This document shows positions 38,343-47,939 of a DNA stretch of 64,000 nt, one piece after another. Each line of letters begins with the position of its first letter. Positions within the stretch are counted from its first letter, which is position 1. A program made the translations under genes and the position numbers. Origin of the DNA: an uncultured Fusobacterium sp. (GTDB taxonomy: Bacteria > Fusobacteriota > Fusobacteriia > Fusobacteriales > Fusobacteriaceae); assembly GCA_963530445.1 (NCBI GenBank), contig CAUSCM010000002.1, positions 16,229 to 80,228 of the forward strand. Reading direction: 5' to 3'. A model generated the notes under the pieces. That model had not been told where the DNA came from. It worked only from the letters and a program-made list of their open reading frames with translations, and searched no databases.

Positions 38343-40193
38343 ATGAAAACAGAAGCACGAAAAATTTTAAAAGAATATTATGGATATGAAAATTTTAGAG
38401 AAGGTCAAGAAAAAATAATAGATGCTATCTGTGAAGGTAAAAATGTTTTAGGAATTATGACAACGGGAGCAGGAAAATCTATTTGTTATCAAATTCCTGC
38501 TCTAATTTTTGAAGGTCTTACTATAATAATTTCTCCACTGATTTCTTTAATGAAAGATCAAGTTGATAGTTTAAAGTTATTAGGAATTAATGCAGCCTAT
38601 TTAAATTCAACTTTGACAAGCGATGAATATAATAAAATTTTATTTAAAATTTCAAAAAAAGAAATAAAAATTTTGTATATTTCTCCGGAGAGATTAGAAA
38701 ATAAATATTTTTTAAATTTTATAAAAAATATAAAAATTTCTATGCTTGTTGTCGATGAGGCTCACTGTGTTTCTCAGTGGGGAGAAAATTTTAGGCAAAG
38801 TTATTTGAAAATTGCAAACTTCACAAAATATATTTCACAAAAAAATAAAATTCAAATTTTAGCTTTGACTGCAACTGCAACTCCAAAAATTAAACAAGAT
38901 ATAATACAAAAATTAGAAATTATAAATCCTTTCATTTATGTCGATCATTTTAACAGGGACAATATATTTTTTAAGGTAGTGGACAATACAAAATATGGAA
39001 ATGAAAATTCTAATAATAAATCAGAATTTAATATTTTTTCAAAATTAAATGATGACATCGAAATAGATTCAAAACCTTTTATTAGAGATTATCTATCCAA
39101 GAGTAGAGGAAAATCTGGAATAATTTATTGTTCAACTAGAAAAGCTGTTGAAGAAATCTATAATTTTTTAGTGGCACTCAATAAAAGTGTAGCAAAATAT
39201 CATGGAGGCATGGGGAAAGAAGATAGAGACGATAATCAAAAAAAATTTTTGGACGATGATGTACAAATTATGGTTGCCACTAATGCCTTTGGTATGGGAA
39301 TAAATAAATCAAATATTAGATTTGTAATTCATGCAAATATACCTGCTGATCTAGAAAGTTATTATCAAGAAGCAGGTAGAGCTGGAAGAGATGGTGGACC
39401 AGCAGAGGCGATACTTATCTACAATGAAAAGGATCGAGATGTTCAAAGATATTTGATTGAAAAAGAGGCCGAGGGTAAGGATGAAAAATATAAAGAAAAG
39501 AAATTTAAAAATTTCAAAAAGATGCTTGAGTATGCAGAACTGACAAGTTGCTACAGAGAATTTATCTTGAAGTATTTTGGAGAAAAAATGATAAGAGACT
39601 ATTGTGGCTATTGTGAAAATTGTAAGAAAGAAAAAAATATTAAAGATTTTTCTTTGGAAGCAAAAAAAATAATTTCAGGTGTTGGAAGAGCTAAAGAAAG
39701 TTTGGGAGTGTCAACACTTGCAAATATGTTAATAGGAAAAGCTGACACAAAAATGCAACATAAAGGCTTAGATAAATTATCAACTTTTGGAATAATGAGA
39801 GAAAATTCTCAAGAATGGATAGAGAGTTTTATTAATTATATGATTTCTGAAAAATATTTAATTCAGAGTGCAGGAAGCTTTCCTGTATTAAAACTTGGAG
39901 AAAAGTATAAAGAAATTTTAGAAGACAAACTAAAAGTTATAAGAAAAAATGATGAGAAAATTATTTTTGACTATTATGAAAATAATTTATTCAAGGAATT
40001 AAATGAACTTAGAAAAGAGATAGCAAGACAAGAAAACATTGCACCTTATATAATATTTTCTGATATGACACTCATTGAAATGGCTGAGAAAAAACCACAG
40101 AATAGGTGGGAGATGTTAAAAATTAAGGGAATAGGTAATCAAAAATTTATAAATTATGGAGAAAAATTTTTACAGAGAATAAAAGGAAGGTAA
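38343..40193 (+). CDS. recQ: ATP-dependent DNA helicase RecQ
   Basis: 616 aa. TGAGKS, DEAH (VVDEAHCVSQWG), RecQ-Ct zinc cysteines, and a C-terminal HRDC. Confidence 0.93.
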   Translation: MKTEARKILKEYYGYENFREGQEKIIDAICEGKNVLGIMTTGAGKSICYQIPALIFEGLTIIISPLISLMKDQVDSLKLLGINAAYLNSTLTSDEYNKILFKISKKEIKILYISPERLENKYFLNFIKNIKISMLVVDEAHCVSQWGENFRQSYLKIANFTKYISQKNKIQILALTATATPKIKQDIIQKLEIINPFIYVDHFNRDNIFFKVVDNTKYGNENSNNKSEFNIFSKLNDDIEIDSKPFIRDYLSKSRGKSGIIYCSTRKAVEEIYNFLVALNKSVAKYHGGMGKEDRDDNQKKFLDDDVQIMVATNAFGMGINKSNIRFVIHANIPADLESYYQEAGRAGRDGGPAEAILIYNEKDRDVQRYLIEKEAEGKDEKYKEKKFKNFKKMLEYAELTSCYREFILKYFGEKMIRDYCGYCENCKKEKNIKDFSLEAKKIISGVGRAKESLGVSTLANMLIGKADTKMQHKGLDKLSTFGIMRENSQEWIESFINYMISEKYLIQSAGSFPVLKLGEKYKEILEDKLKVIRKNDEKIIFDYYENNLFKELNELRKEIARQENIAPYIIFSDMTLIEMAEKKPQNRWEMLKIKGIGNQKFINYGEKFLQRIKGR

Positions 40194-40195
40194 TT

Positions 40196-43100
40196 ATGAA
40201 AAGAATTTTAAATTTACTATTCATTTTGGCAACATTGACAATATTTTTTGTTGCTTGTGGAAAGGATAAGGGGCAAGAAGCAAATCAAGATAATCAGCCA
40301 CCAATTGTTGATGAATATAAAATGATGCTTTATGCAACAGATGCAAGATTTAATGCCTCAGGAGATTTAGTTGTAGTTTTCACTAATGAACTTGATAAAA
40401 ATCAAGATTTGAAACAATTAGTTACTGTTGAGGGACTTGCAGAAGAGCCAACTATTTTAACTTTTACAAATAAAATTGTTATTAAAGGAAAATTTGAAAA
40501 AGAGGTACCTTATTCTGTAAAAGTTAGCAAGGAGATAAAAGATATCGACGGTGGAAACTTACCAGAAGATTTTGAAAAATTCAATTTGTATGTTGGAGTG
40601 AAACAACCAAGTTTATCTTTTGCAGATTATGGAATGGTCTTACCAAGTGTGAATAATAAAAAAATTAATTTTAATTCTTTGAATGTTAAAAAAGTTAAAT
40701 TAGATATTTATAAAGTTTATACAAATAATATTACTCAATATTTGAAAGCAACTAACTATTCTCCTGAATGGGTAATTAAAGAAGATATTGGAGATTTAGT
40801 TTACACAAAAGAATATCCTATTGAATCAGCTAAAGATGAAGTTGTAAAAAATAGTATAGACTTAAATGGTGTCATCGATAACAAAGGAATTTATTATGTA
40901 ATTTTATCTGCACCAGGTCAAGAAAGTATAGACTACGATATCGTAAAATATGGAGAGCCTATGCCATTATACGATAATCAAACTCCACTTTATGCAAAGG
41001 CAACAAAGACAATAATTTTATCTGATATTGGTATCATAGCAAATTCAAATAATTCAAAACTTGATGTTAAACTTTTAAATTTGAATACACTAGAGCCAAT
41101 TTCTAATGCTAAGCTTGAATTTATTTCAAAGAAAAATCAAACTTTAGAAGATGGAACTACAAATTCGTCAGGACAATATCAATCTAAAATAAAACTTGAT
41201 GATGTTTATTATATTCTTGTAAAAAATGGAACAGAGTTCAATATTTTATATCTTGCTGATAGCAAAATAAATTATTCTGATTTTGATATCGGAGGCTCTG
41301 TTGAAATTGGAGATACAAAACTTTATACTTTTACTGATAAAGGTTTTTATAGACCGGGAGATGAAATAAATGTTTCTCTTATAGCAAGAAGTAATAAAGA
41401 AAAGATAAAAGATAATCAGCCATTTGAATTTTCTTTTATTGCTCCTGATGGCTCAACAAAAATTTCAAATCAAGTAGTTCAAGAATCAAAAAATGCTTTT
41501 TATAATTTTAAAATTCAAACTGATGTAAATGATATGACCGGAGCTTGGAATTTAAAAATTAATTTTGGTGGGAAAGAAATAAATCAAAAAGTTTTTATTG
41601 AAGCGAAACTTGCAAATAAAATTGCAATAGATGCTGATGAAGATAAAATTTATTCAAAAGCTGATGTTAAAGATGGAAAGATAACATTTCCTATAAAGTT
41701 TTCTTATTTAAGTGGAGCTAAAGTTGAAAAAGATACTCAAGTAACTTTTGATTATTCAATCATTGAGAAACCTGTGATAACAAAGCAATATAAAAATTAT
41801 ATTTTCAACAACCCTACTGAAAATAATTATCAATATAGAGATCTTGCTCAAACTAAAATAGCTGATGATAGTGCTACAATTAATTTCAATTTAGATCTTA
41901 ACAAAGCTCTTGAAAATAAAAATTATTATTTGACTATGACAGTTAATGCATTAGAAAACACTGGAAGATATAGCACAGAAAATAAAACTTTCCAAGTCGT
42001 TAACAGAGAAAATTCTGTCGGAGTACAAAAACTTAGTCAAACTGAAAATGAAGCAAGTATCAAATATATTGTTTTGAATGAAAAAACTGACAAATTGGTT
42101 GCTGGAAAAAAATTAAAATATAGAATTTACAATAAAGAATTTAACTGGTGGTACGATTCTTACGGAGATGATGAACAATCATTCAAACAAAATATTGAAA
42201 CAAGTTTAATGGAAGAGGGAGATTTAATTTCTGGAGATGAGCCAAAAGAATTTAAAACTTCAAAACTTGGAGATGGTATGAACTTCATTGAAATTATTGA
42301 TGAAGAAACTGGAGATAGTGCTGGGGTTTTTGTATACAATTATCACTATGGAGATAAAAGACATGGTAGCATTGAAAATTTAAAAATAGAAGCTGATAAA
42401 GAAAAATATAATATTGGAGATATAGCTAAAATAAAATACACAGGAGCAGTTGGATCTAAAGCTTTAATTACTATTGAAAAAGATGGAAAAATTATAAAAG
42501 AATATTGGAAGTCTTTATCTGCTATCAATAATGAAGAAGCTGTGAAGATTGAAAAAGAATATTTCCCTAATGCTTATGTAAGTATTTCAGTTTTTCAAAA
42601 ATATGTAAATAAAGAAAATGATAGACCTTTAAGACTTTACGGTGCTGTTCCTTTGATAGTGGAAGATAAATCAAAAATGTTGACTGTCAACGTTGAAACA
42701 AAAACTGAGGTCTTACCTGCTAGTGAATTAAAAATTAATTTATCAAATAAAGAGAATAAAAAGATGTACTATGAAGTATTTTTGGTTGATGAAGGTATTG
42801 TGAGAATGACAGGATATAAATTGACTGATCCATACAGTTTCTTCTATTCAAAACAAGCTAAATTAGTACAAAATTTTGATAATTTCTCAGCTATCATTGA
42901 AAAATATAATGATAAGGTTATGAATAGATTAAAAACTGGAGGAGGAGATTTTGAAGAAGAAGCTCCTATGGTCATGTCAGCTAAAATGGCAAACTATAGA
43001 AGAGAAGATTTATCTCAAAGAGATTCTGCTCAAAGATTTAAAAATTTAACAATCTTTAGAGGAGTTGCAGAAAGTGACGCAAATGGAAAAGCAGAGCTTA

Positions 43101-45076
43101 CAGTTAAGGTACCAAATTTCTTTGGCTCTATGAGATTGTATGTTGTGGCAGTGTCCGATGAAGCTTATGGTAGTGCTGAAAAAACTATTTCTGTTAAAGC
43201 TCCTGTTATAGTTGAGACAACAGCTCCAAGAATTTTAAAAATTGGAGATAAATTTACGGTGCCTGTGCTTGTTAGTCCAATGGAAAAAGGAATTGGAAGT
43301 TCTGAAATTATTTTAACTTACAATGGAAAAACTTATAATAAAAAAGTTGATGTTAAAGATGGCGTGAACGAAAAAGTTTTATTTGAACTTGAAAGTCCAA
43401 ATAAGGTTGGTACTGTAAAAATCGATATTAATTTTAAATCAGCAAAATATAATTTTAAAGAAAGTATTGATTTTAATGTTGATACAAATTATCCATATCA
43501 ATATATAGAAAATTCAAAAATCTTAAATGCAGGAGATGAATATGAACTGCCTCTTGCAGATTACAAAAATTTTGTAGAAGGAAGTATTAATTCAATATTA
43601 AATATTTCTAGTTATCAAAAATTAGGAATTGAAAAGATAATAAAATCTTTGATGGACTATCCTTATTATTGTTTGGAACAAACAACATCAAAGGGTAAAG
43701 CAATGCTGTATATTGATAAGTTGACAGATGATGTTGCTGATAAAACAGATGCAAAAAATGAGATAAATGTTATCATTAATAAATTATCAAGCAACTATCA
43801 ATTAAAAAATGGTAGCTTCACTTATTGGCCGGGACGACAATATGAAAATATAGATATGTCTGTTTATGCTATTGATTTCTTGTTCACTGCAAAAGATAAG
43901 GGATATTATGTTCCTGAAAATACTTTAGCTCTTGCTAAATCATATTTGAATAGCTTGACAATGAGAACAAATATTACTACTGAACAAAAAGTTACAGTTC
44001 TTCAAGTTCTTTCAAAAATTGGAGAAGCTAATGTATCTGAGATGAATATAATTTTTGATAAGTATTACAAAGATTTACCTGTTGTTTATAAGTGGCAATT
44101 ATTAGATGCTTATAATAGAATTGGAGAAAAATCTTTTGCTCAATCTGAAGCTAAAAAATTAGTTAAAATATCAGATAAAAATGAAAATAATAGCAAGGCT
44201 TATAACAATGCTGAAATTTTGAAAGCATATATTTCTATTTTTGGAACTGTTGATACAGAGCTATATAATTCAGTTTTAACTACTGCAAAATCTAATGAGT
44301 GGTTATCAACTAACGATATGGCAAATATTGTTGAAGCTCTTGCAAGTAATAAAGATTTATCTGTTGCAAAATTATCTTTGACATTTAAAATTATAGTTGA
44401 TGGTAAGGAACAAAATCTTCAACTTGTAAATGGAACTTATGTTTTGAAAAATTTGGGACTTAAAGAAAATGCTAAGAAGATAGTTATAAAAAACACATCT
44501 TCATCAAAGATATATATTGATTCATTTTTCAAAGGAAAACCAATAAAATTTGATGAGCAAGATGAAAGTAAAAATATAAAAATAACTAGACAATTTTTTG
44601 ACTTAGACGGAAAAGAAATTGATGTTAAAAATTTAAAAGTTGGAGATAGATTTAAAATTGTTTTGACTACCCATATTGAAAATACAGATTATTTATCAAA
44701 TATGGCTCTACTTCAAATTTTACCAAGTGGTTGGGAATTTGATAACAGTCAAAATCAAGAAATGGGTTCAATGAATAATGAAAATTTAAATTCTAATGTT
44801 GAAATGGTTTCTACGATGGATATAAATCAAGAAATGACATCAATAGATGATGGCTTTGATTCAAATAATTTTGAAAATTATATTGATTACACAGATATGA
44901 GAGACGATAGAGTTACATATTTCTATTCTCAAGCTGTAGGAGAAGATAAAACATTTGAAATTTATGTCAATGTAGTTACTCCCGGAACTTATACACTTGC
45001 TGGTACGAAAGTTGAAGCTATGTATAATAATAATTTCAGAGCATACCTAAAAGGTTTTAATGTAAATGTGAAATAA
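40196..45076 (+). CDS. Bacterial alpha-2-macroglobulin family lipoprotein with thioester motif
   Basis: 1626 aa. Lipobox FFVAC-G. CLEQ thioester motif at nt 43670-43681 (YYCLEQT). Starts 3 nt after the recQ stop. Confidence 0.85.
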   Translation: MKRILNLLFILATLTIFFVACGKDKGQEANQDNQPPIVDEYKMMLYATDARFNASGDLVVVFTNELDKNQDLKQLVTVEGLAEEPTILTFTNKIVIKGKFEKEVPYSVKVSKEIKDIDGGNLPEDFEKFNLYVGVKQPSLSFADYGMVLPSVNNKKINFNSLNVKKVKLDIYKVYTNNITQYLKATNYSPEWVIKEDIGDLVYTKEYPIESAKDEVVKNSIDLNGVIDNKGIYYVILSAPGQESIDYDIVKYGEPMPLYDNQTPLYAKATKTIILSDIGIIANSNNSKLDVKLLNLNTLEPISNAKLEFISKKNQTLEDGTTNSSGQYQSKIKLDDVYYILVKNGTEFNILYLADSKINYSDFDIGGSVEIGDTKLYTFTDKGFYRPGDEINVSLIARSNKEKIKDNQPFEFSFIAPDGSTKISNQVVQESKNAFYNFKIQTDVNDMTGAWNLKINFGGKEINQKVFIEAKLANKIAIDADEDKIYSKADVKDGKITFPIKFSYLSGAKVEKDTQVTFDYSIIEKPVITKQYKNYIFNNPTENNYQYRDLAQTKIADDSATINFNLDLNKALENKNYYLTMTVNALENTGRYSTENKTFQVVNRENSVGVQKLSQTENEASIKYIVLNEKTDKLVAGKKLKYRIYNKEFNWWYDSYGDDEQSFKQNIETSLMEEGDLISGDEPKEFKTSKLGDGMNFIEIIDEETGDSAGVFVYNYHYGDKRHGSIENLKIEADKEKYNIGDIAKIKYTGAVGSKALITIEKDGKIIKEYWKSLSAINNEEAVKIEKEYFPNAYVSISVFQKYVNKENDRPLRLYGAVPLIVEDKSKMLTVNVETKTEVLPASELKINLSNKENKKMYYEVFLVDEGIVRMTGYKLTDPYSFFYSKQAKLVQNFDNFSAIIEKYNDKVMNRLKTGGGDFEEEAPMVMSAKMANYRREDLSQRDSAQRFKNLTIFRGVAESDANGKAELTVKVPNFFGSMRLYVVAVSDEAYGSAEKTISVKAPVIVETTAPRILKIGDKFTVPVLVSPMEKGIGSSEIILTYNGKTYNKKVDVKDGVNEKVLFELESPNKVGTVKIDINFKSAKYNFKESIDFNVDTNYPYQYIENSKILNAGDEYELPLADYKNFVEGSINSILNISSYQKLGIEKIIKSLMDYPYYCLEQTTSKGKAMLYIDKLTDDVADKTDAKNEINVIINKLSSNYQLKNGSFTYWPGRQYENIDMSVYAIDFLFTAKDKGYYVPENTLALAKSYLNSLTMRTNITTEQKVTVLQVLSKIGEANVSEMNIIFDKYYKDLPVVYKWQLLDAYNRIGEKSFAQSEAKKLVKISDKNENNSKAYNNAEILKAYISIFGTVDTELYNSVLTTAKSNEWLSTNDMANIVEALASNKDLSVAKLSLTFKIIVDGKEQNLQLVNGTYVLKNLGLKENAKKIVIKNTSSSKIYIDSFFKGKPIKFDEQDESKNIKITRQFFDLDGKEIDVKNLKVGDRFKIVLTTHIENTDYLSNMALLQILPSGWEFDNSQNQEMGSMNNENLNSNVEMVSTMDINQEMTSIDDGFDSNNFENYIDYTDMRDDRVTYFYSQAVGEDKTFEIYVNVVTPGTYTLAGTKVEAMYNNNFRAYLKGFNVNVK

Positions 45077-45083
45077 ATAAAAA

Positions 45084-45110
45084 TCATGTGCCGGTTTTTC
45101 CGACGTCTTG
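45084..45110. repeat. Decayed copy (6) of the terminator hairpin family
   Basis: tcatgtgccgg-ttttt-ccgacgtcttg. The left arm has lost pairing (1-nt deletion plus substitutions) relative to copy 5. Confidence 0.5.
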
Positions 45111-45144
45111 AAAAAAAGGGAAGTATTTTCAACTTCCCTTTTTA
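45111..45144. terminator. Bidirectional intrinsic terminator between the A2M gene and the DAACS transporter gene
   Basis: Perfect 9-bp stem AAGGGAAGT / ACTTCCCTT with a 7-nt loop, flanked by A7 and T5. Confidence 0.75.
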
Positions 45145-45151
45145 TATTTAA

Positions 45152-46309
45152 TTATTTTCTTTTAAAGATTCCATTAAGAATAAGAGCTAAGGCTCCGTCT
45201 CCAGTTATGTTACATGCAGTTCCAAAACTATCTTGTAATGCAAATATTGTTATCATAAGTGCTGTTCCAGCTTCATCGAAACCTAAAACAGAAATTATAA
45301 GTCCAAGTGATGCAAGCACTGTTCCCCCAGGTACTCCGGGTGCTCCTACTGCAAATACTCCTAATAAAATAATGAACAACATCATTGTTCCAAATGCAGG
45401 TACATCTCCATATAAAATTTTAGATACAACCATTACAAAAAATGTTTCAGTAAGAACTGATCCACATAAGTGAGTTGTTGCTCCTAAAGGTATAGCAAAG
45501 TTTGTAATTTCCTCATCAAGCACTCCAGATTTTCTAACACACTTCAAACTAACTGGTAAAGTTGCTGCTGATGACATTGTTCCTACAGCTGTCATATATG
45601 CAGGTCCATAATGTTTCAATAAGTTCCAAGGATTTTTTCCTGAAACAATTCCTCCAATTATATAAAGAACTGATATCCAAATATAATGACCAATCAAAAC
45701 TATTCCTATTACTTTAGCAAATACTGGTAATTGTTTTGTAATACTTCCTTCATAAGCAAGTGTTGCAAAAGTAGTAGCTATAAAAATCGGTAAGATTGGA
45801 ATTATTATTTTATTAACAACCATCAACATAATGTTGTTAAATTCATTTAATAATTCTTCTGTTCTCTTAGAACCTGTCCAAACAGTTGCAAGTCCTAAAA
45901 GTAATGCAAAAACTAAGGCTGCCATTACTGTTATAGGTGGTTCAATTTCAACTTTAAATAAAAGTTTTGGTAATTCTTTTAATCCTTCAACGTTAGAAAT
46001 AATATTTAATTTTGGTATGATGGCATATCCAGACATAGCTGAGAAAAATGCAGCTCCCACTGATGAAATATAAGATAATCCTAACATTGTCACAAGCATT
46101 TTACTTGCATTTGATTTTAATTGTGTGATTGCTGGTGCAATAAATCCGATAATAATAAAAGGTACAACAAAAAATATCAATTGTCCTAAGAAAAATTTGA
46201 TCGGTAGAATAATTGAAATGACTTGTTCATTTACAAAAAGCCCCACACATAATCCAATAATTACTCCAAGAATTAATTTAATTATCAGAGTATCCCCTTT
46301 TTTTTCCAT
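45152..46309 (-). CDS. Dicarboxylate/amino acid:cation symporter (DAACS), SstT-like serine/threonine transporter
   Basis: SSAATLP and GAPGVPGG motifs. ATG at 46309 (MEKKGD...) is preceded by GAGGAGGA. The ORF is open to 46372. Confidence 0.85.
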   Translation of the reverse strand: MEKKGDTLIIKLILGVIIGLCVGLFVNEQVISIILPIKFFLGQLIFFVVPFIIIGFIAPAITQLKSNASKMLVTMLGLSYISSVGAAFFSAMSGYAIIPKLNIISNVEGLKELPKLLFKVEIEPPITVMAALVFALLLGLATVWTGSKRTEELLNEFNNIMLMVVNKIIIPILPIFIATTFATLAYEGSITKQLPVFAKVIGIVLIGHYIWISVLYIIGGIVSGKNPWNLLKHYGPAYMTAVGTMSSAATLPVSLKCVRKSGVLDEEITNFAIPLGATTHLCGSVLTETFFVMVVSKILYGDVPAFGTMMLFIILLGVFAVGAPGVPGGTVLASLGLIISVLGFDEAGTALMITIFALQDSFGTACNITGDGALALILNGIFKRK

Positions 46310-46343
46310 ATCGTCCTCCTCAAAATATAAAATAGTATACTTA

Positions 46344-46372
46344 ATTATATACTTAAATAATATAAAAAGCAA
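46344..46372 (-). promoter_or_regulatory. Candidate promoter of the DAACS transporter gene
   Basis: On the minus strand: TTGCTT (46372-46367), 17-nt spacer, TATAAT (46349-46344). Overlaps the TATACTTAA direct repeat. Confidence 0.4.
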
Positions 46373-46476
46373 TATATCTGATTACTTTTATTGTAAACGG
46401 GTTTTAAAATCTAAGGGTGTACTTTTTTTTTATTTTAGGTTATACTATATCATAAAATAAAAAAATTAGGGGGGAT

Positions 46477-47766
46477 ATGATGGAAAATAAAATAGAAAAA
46501 GTTTTAAAAATTTTAGAAGAAGAGATTGTTGCCGCTGAAGGTTGTACAGAGCCGATAGCTTTATCTTATGCGGCTGCAAAGGCGAAAAGAATTTTAGGAT
46601 CTGTTCCCAATAAGGTAGATGTATTTTTATCAGGAAATATTATAAAAAATGTTAAGAGCGTTACCATTCCAAATAGTGAAGGTATGATTGGTATTGAGCC
46701 AGCTATTGCAATGGGATTGATTGCAGGTAATGACGAAAAAGAATTAATGGTCATAAGTGATGTTAGTTCTGAACAAGTCAAAGAAGTTAGAAAATTTTTA
46801 GATAAAAAAATTATAAAAACTCATGTACATCCTGCTGATATAAAATTATACATAAGACTTGAAATAGCTAACGCTAGTGATGAAGTCGTTTTAGAAATTA
46901 AACATACTCATACCAATGTAACTAAAATTACAAAAAATAATAAAACTCTACTTGAACAAATTTGTAATGATGGAGATTTTAACTCATCACTTACTGACAG
47001 AAAAGTTTTATCTATTAAGTTTATTTATGATTTAGCTAAGACAATAGATATCGATTTAATAAAACCAATTTTTCAAAAAGTAGTTTATTACAATTCAGCA
47101 ATTGCAGAAGAAGGATTAAAAGGAAAATATGGTGTCAATATTGGAAAGATGATACTGGATAATATTGAAAAAGGTATCTATGGTAATGACATAAGAAATA
47201 AGGCAGCAAGCTATGCAAGTGCTGGTAGTGATGCAAGAATGAGTGGCTGTGCATTACCTGTTATGACAACGAGTGGTAGTGGTAATCAAGGAATGACAGC
47301 TTCATTGCCGATTATAAAATTTGCTTCTGAAAAAAATTCGAGTGAAGAGGAATTGATAAGAGGTTTATTTGTATCTCATTTAACAACAATCCATGTTAAA
47401 ACAAATGTTGGTAGACTATCTGCATACTGTGGTGCTATTTGTGCTGCTTCTGGTGTCGCTGCTGCTCTAACTTTTTTGCATGGTGGAAGTTATGAAATGG
47501 TTTGTGATGCTATTACAAATATTTTAGGAAACTTGTCTGGTGTAATTTGTGATGGAGCAAAGGCTTCATGTGCAATGAAAATAACATCAGGTATATACTC
47601 AGCTTTCGATGCAACTATGTTGGCTTTAAATAAAGATGTTTTAAGATCAGGTGATGGTATCGTTGGAGTTGATATAGAACAAACCATAAGAAATGTTGGA
47701 GAGCTTGCACAATCTGGAATGAAGGGTACAGATGAAACTATTTTAGAAATTATGACCAAAGAATAA
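46477..47766 (+). CDS. UPF0597 / L-cysteine desulfidase family protein (YhaM/CyuA-like, serine dehydratase-alpha-like fold)
   Basis: 429 aa with conserved Cys-containing segments (GCTEPIAL, SAYCGAICAAS, VICDGAKASCA). The second ATG at 46480 is equally possible. Confidence 0.7.
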   Translation: MMENKIEKVLKILEEEIVAAEGCTEPIALSYAAAKAKRILGSVPNKVDVFLSGNIIKNVKSVTIPNSEGMIGIEPAIAMGLIAGNDEKELMVISDVSSEQVKEVRKFLDKKIIKTHVHPADIKLYIRLEIANASDEVVLEIKHTHTNVTKITKNNKTLLEQICNDGDFNSSLTDRKVLSIKFIYDLAKTIDIDLIKPIFQKVVYYNSAIAEEGLKGKYGVNIGKMILDNIEKGIYGNDIRNKAASYASAGSDARMSGCALPVMTTSGSGNQGMTASLPIIKFASEKNSSEEELIRGLFVSHLTTIHVKTNVGRLSAYCGAICAASGVAAALTFLHGGSYEMVCDAITNILGNLSGVICDGAKASCAMKITSGIYSAFDATMLALNKDVLRSGDGIVGVDIEQTIRNVGELAQSGMKGTDETILEIMTKE

Positions 47767-47778
47767 AAAATAATATTA

Positions 47779-47922
47779 AAAAGGGGCTGTTGCCTTCATA
47801 AGTTTTTATTGCCTACTATGTTATTCAGTTAGGTTGAAGAAGTTTATGTTTATTAACTTCTGAAACCTCGATGGCTAACAAGTAGGCTTTTAATTACTTG
47901 ATTTCGCAACAAGCCCTCTTTT
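47779..47922. other. 144-nt multi-helix imperfect palindrome: candidate structured RNA or MITE-like element that also acts as a bidirectional terminator
   Basis: Nested helices: 47783-47793/47906-47917, 47800-47803/47896-47899, 47811-47817/47881-47887, 47819-47823/47876-47880, 47831-47835/47864-47868, 47838-47844/47855-47861. Flanked by A/T runs on both sides. Confidence 0.5.
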
Positions 47923-47939
47923 ATTATTGTTATATAGTT

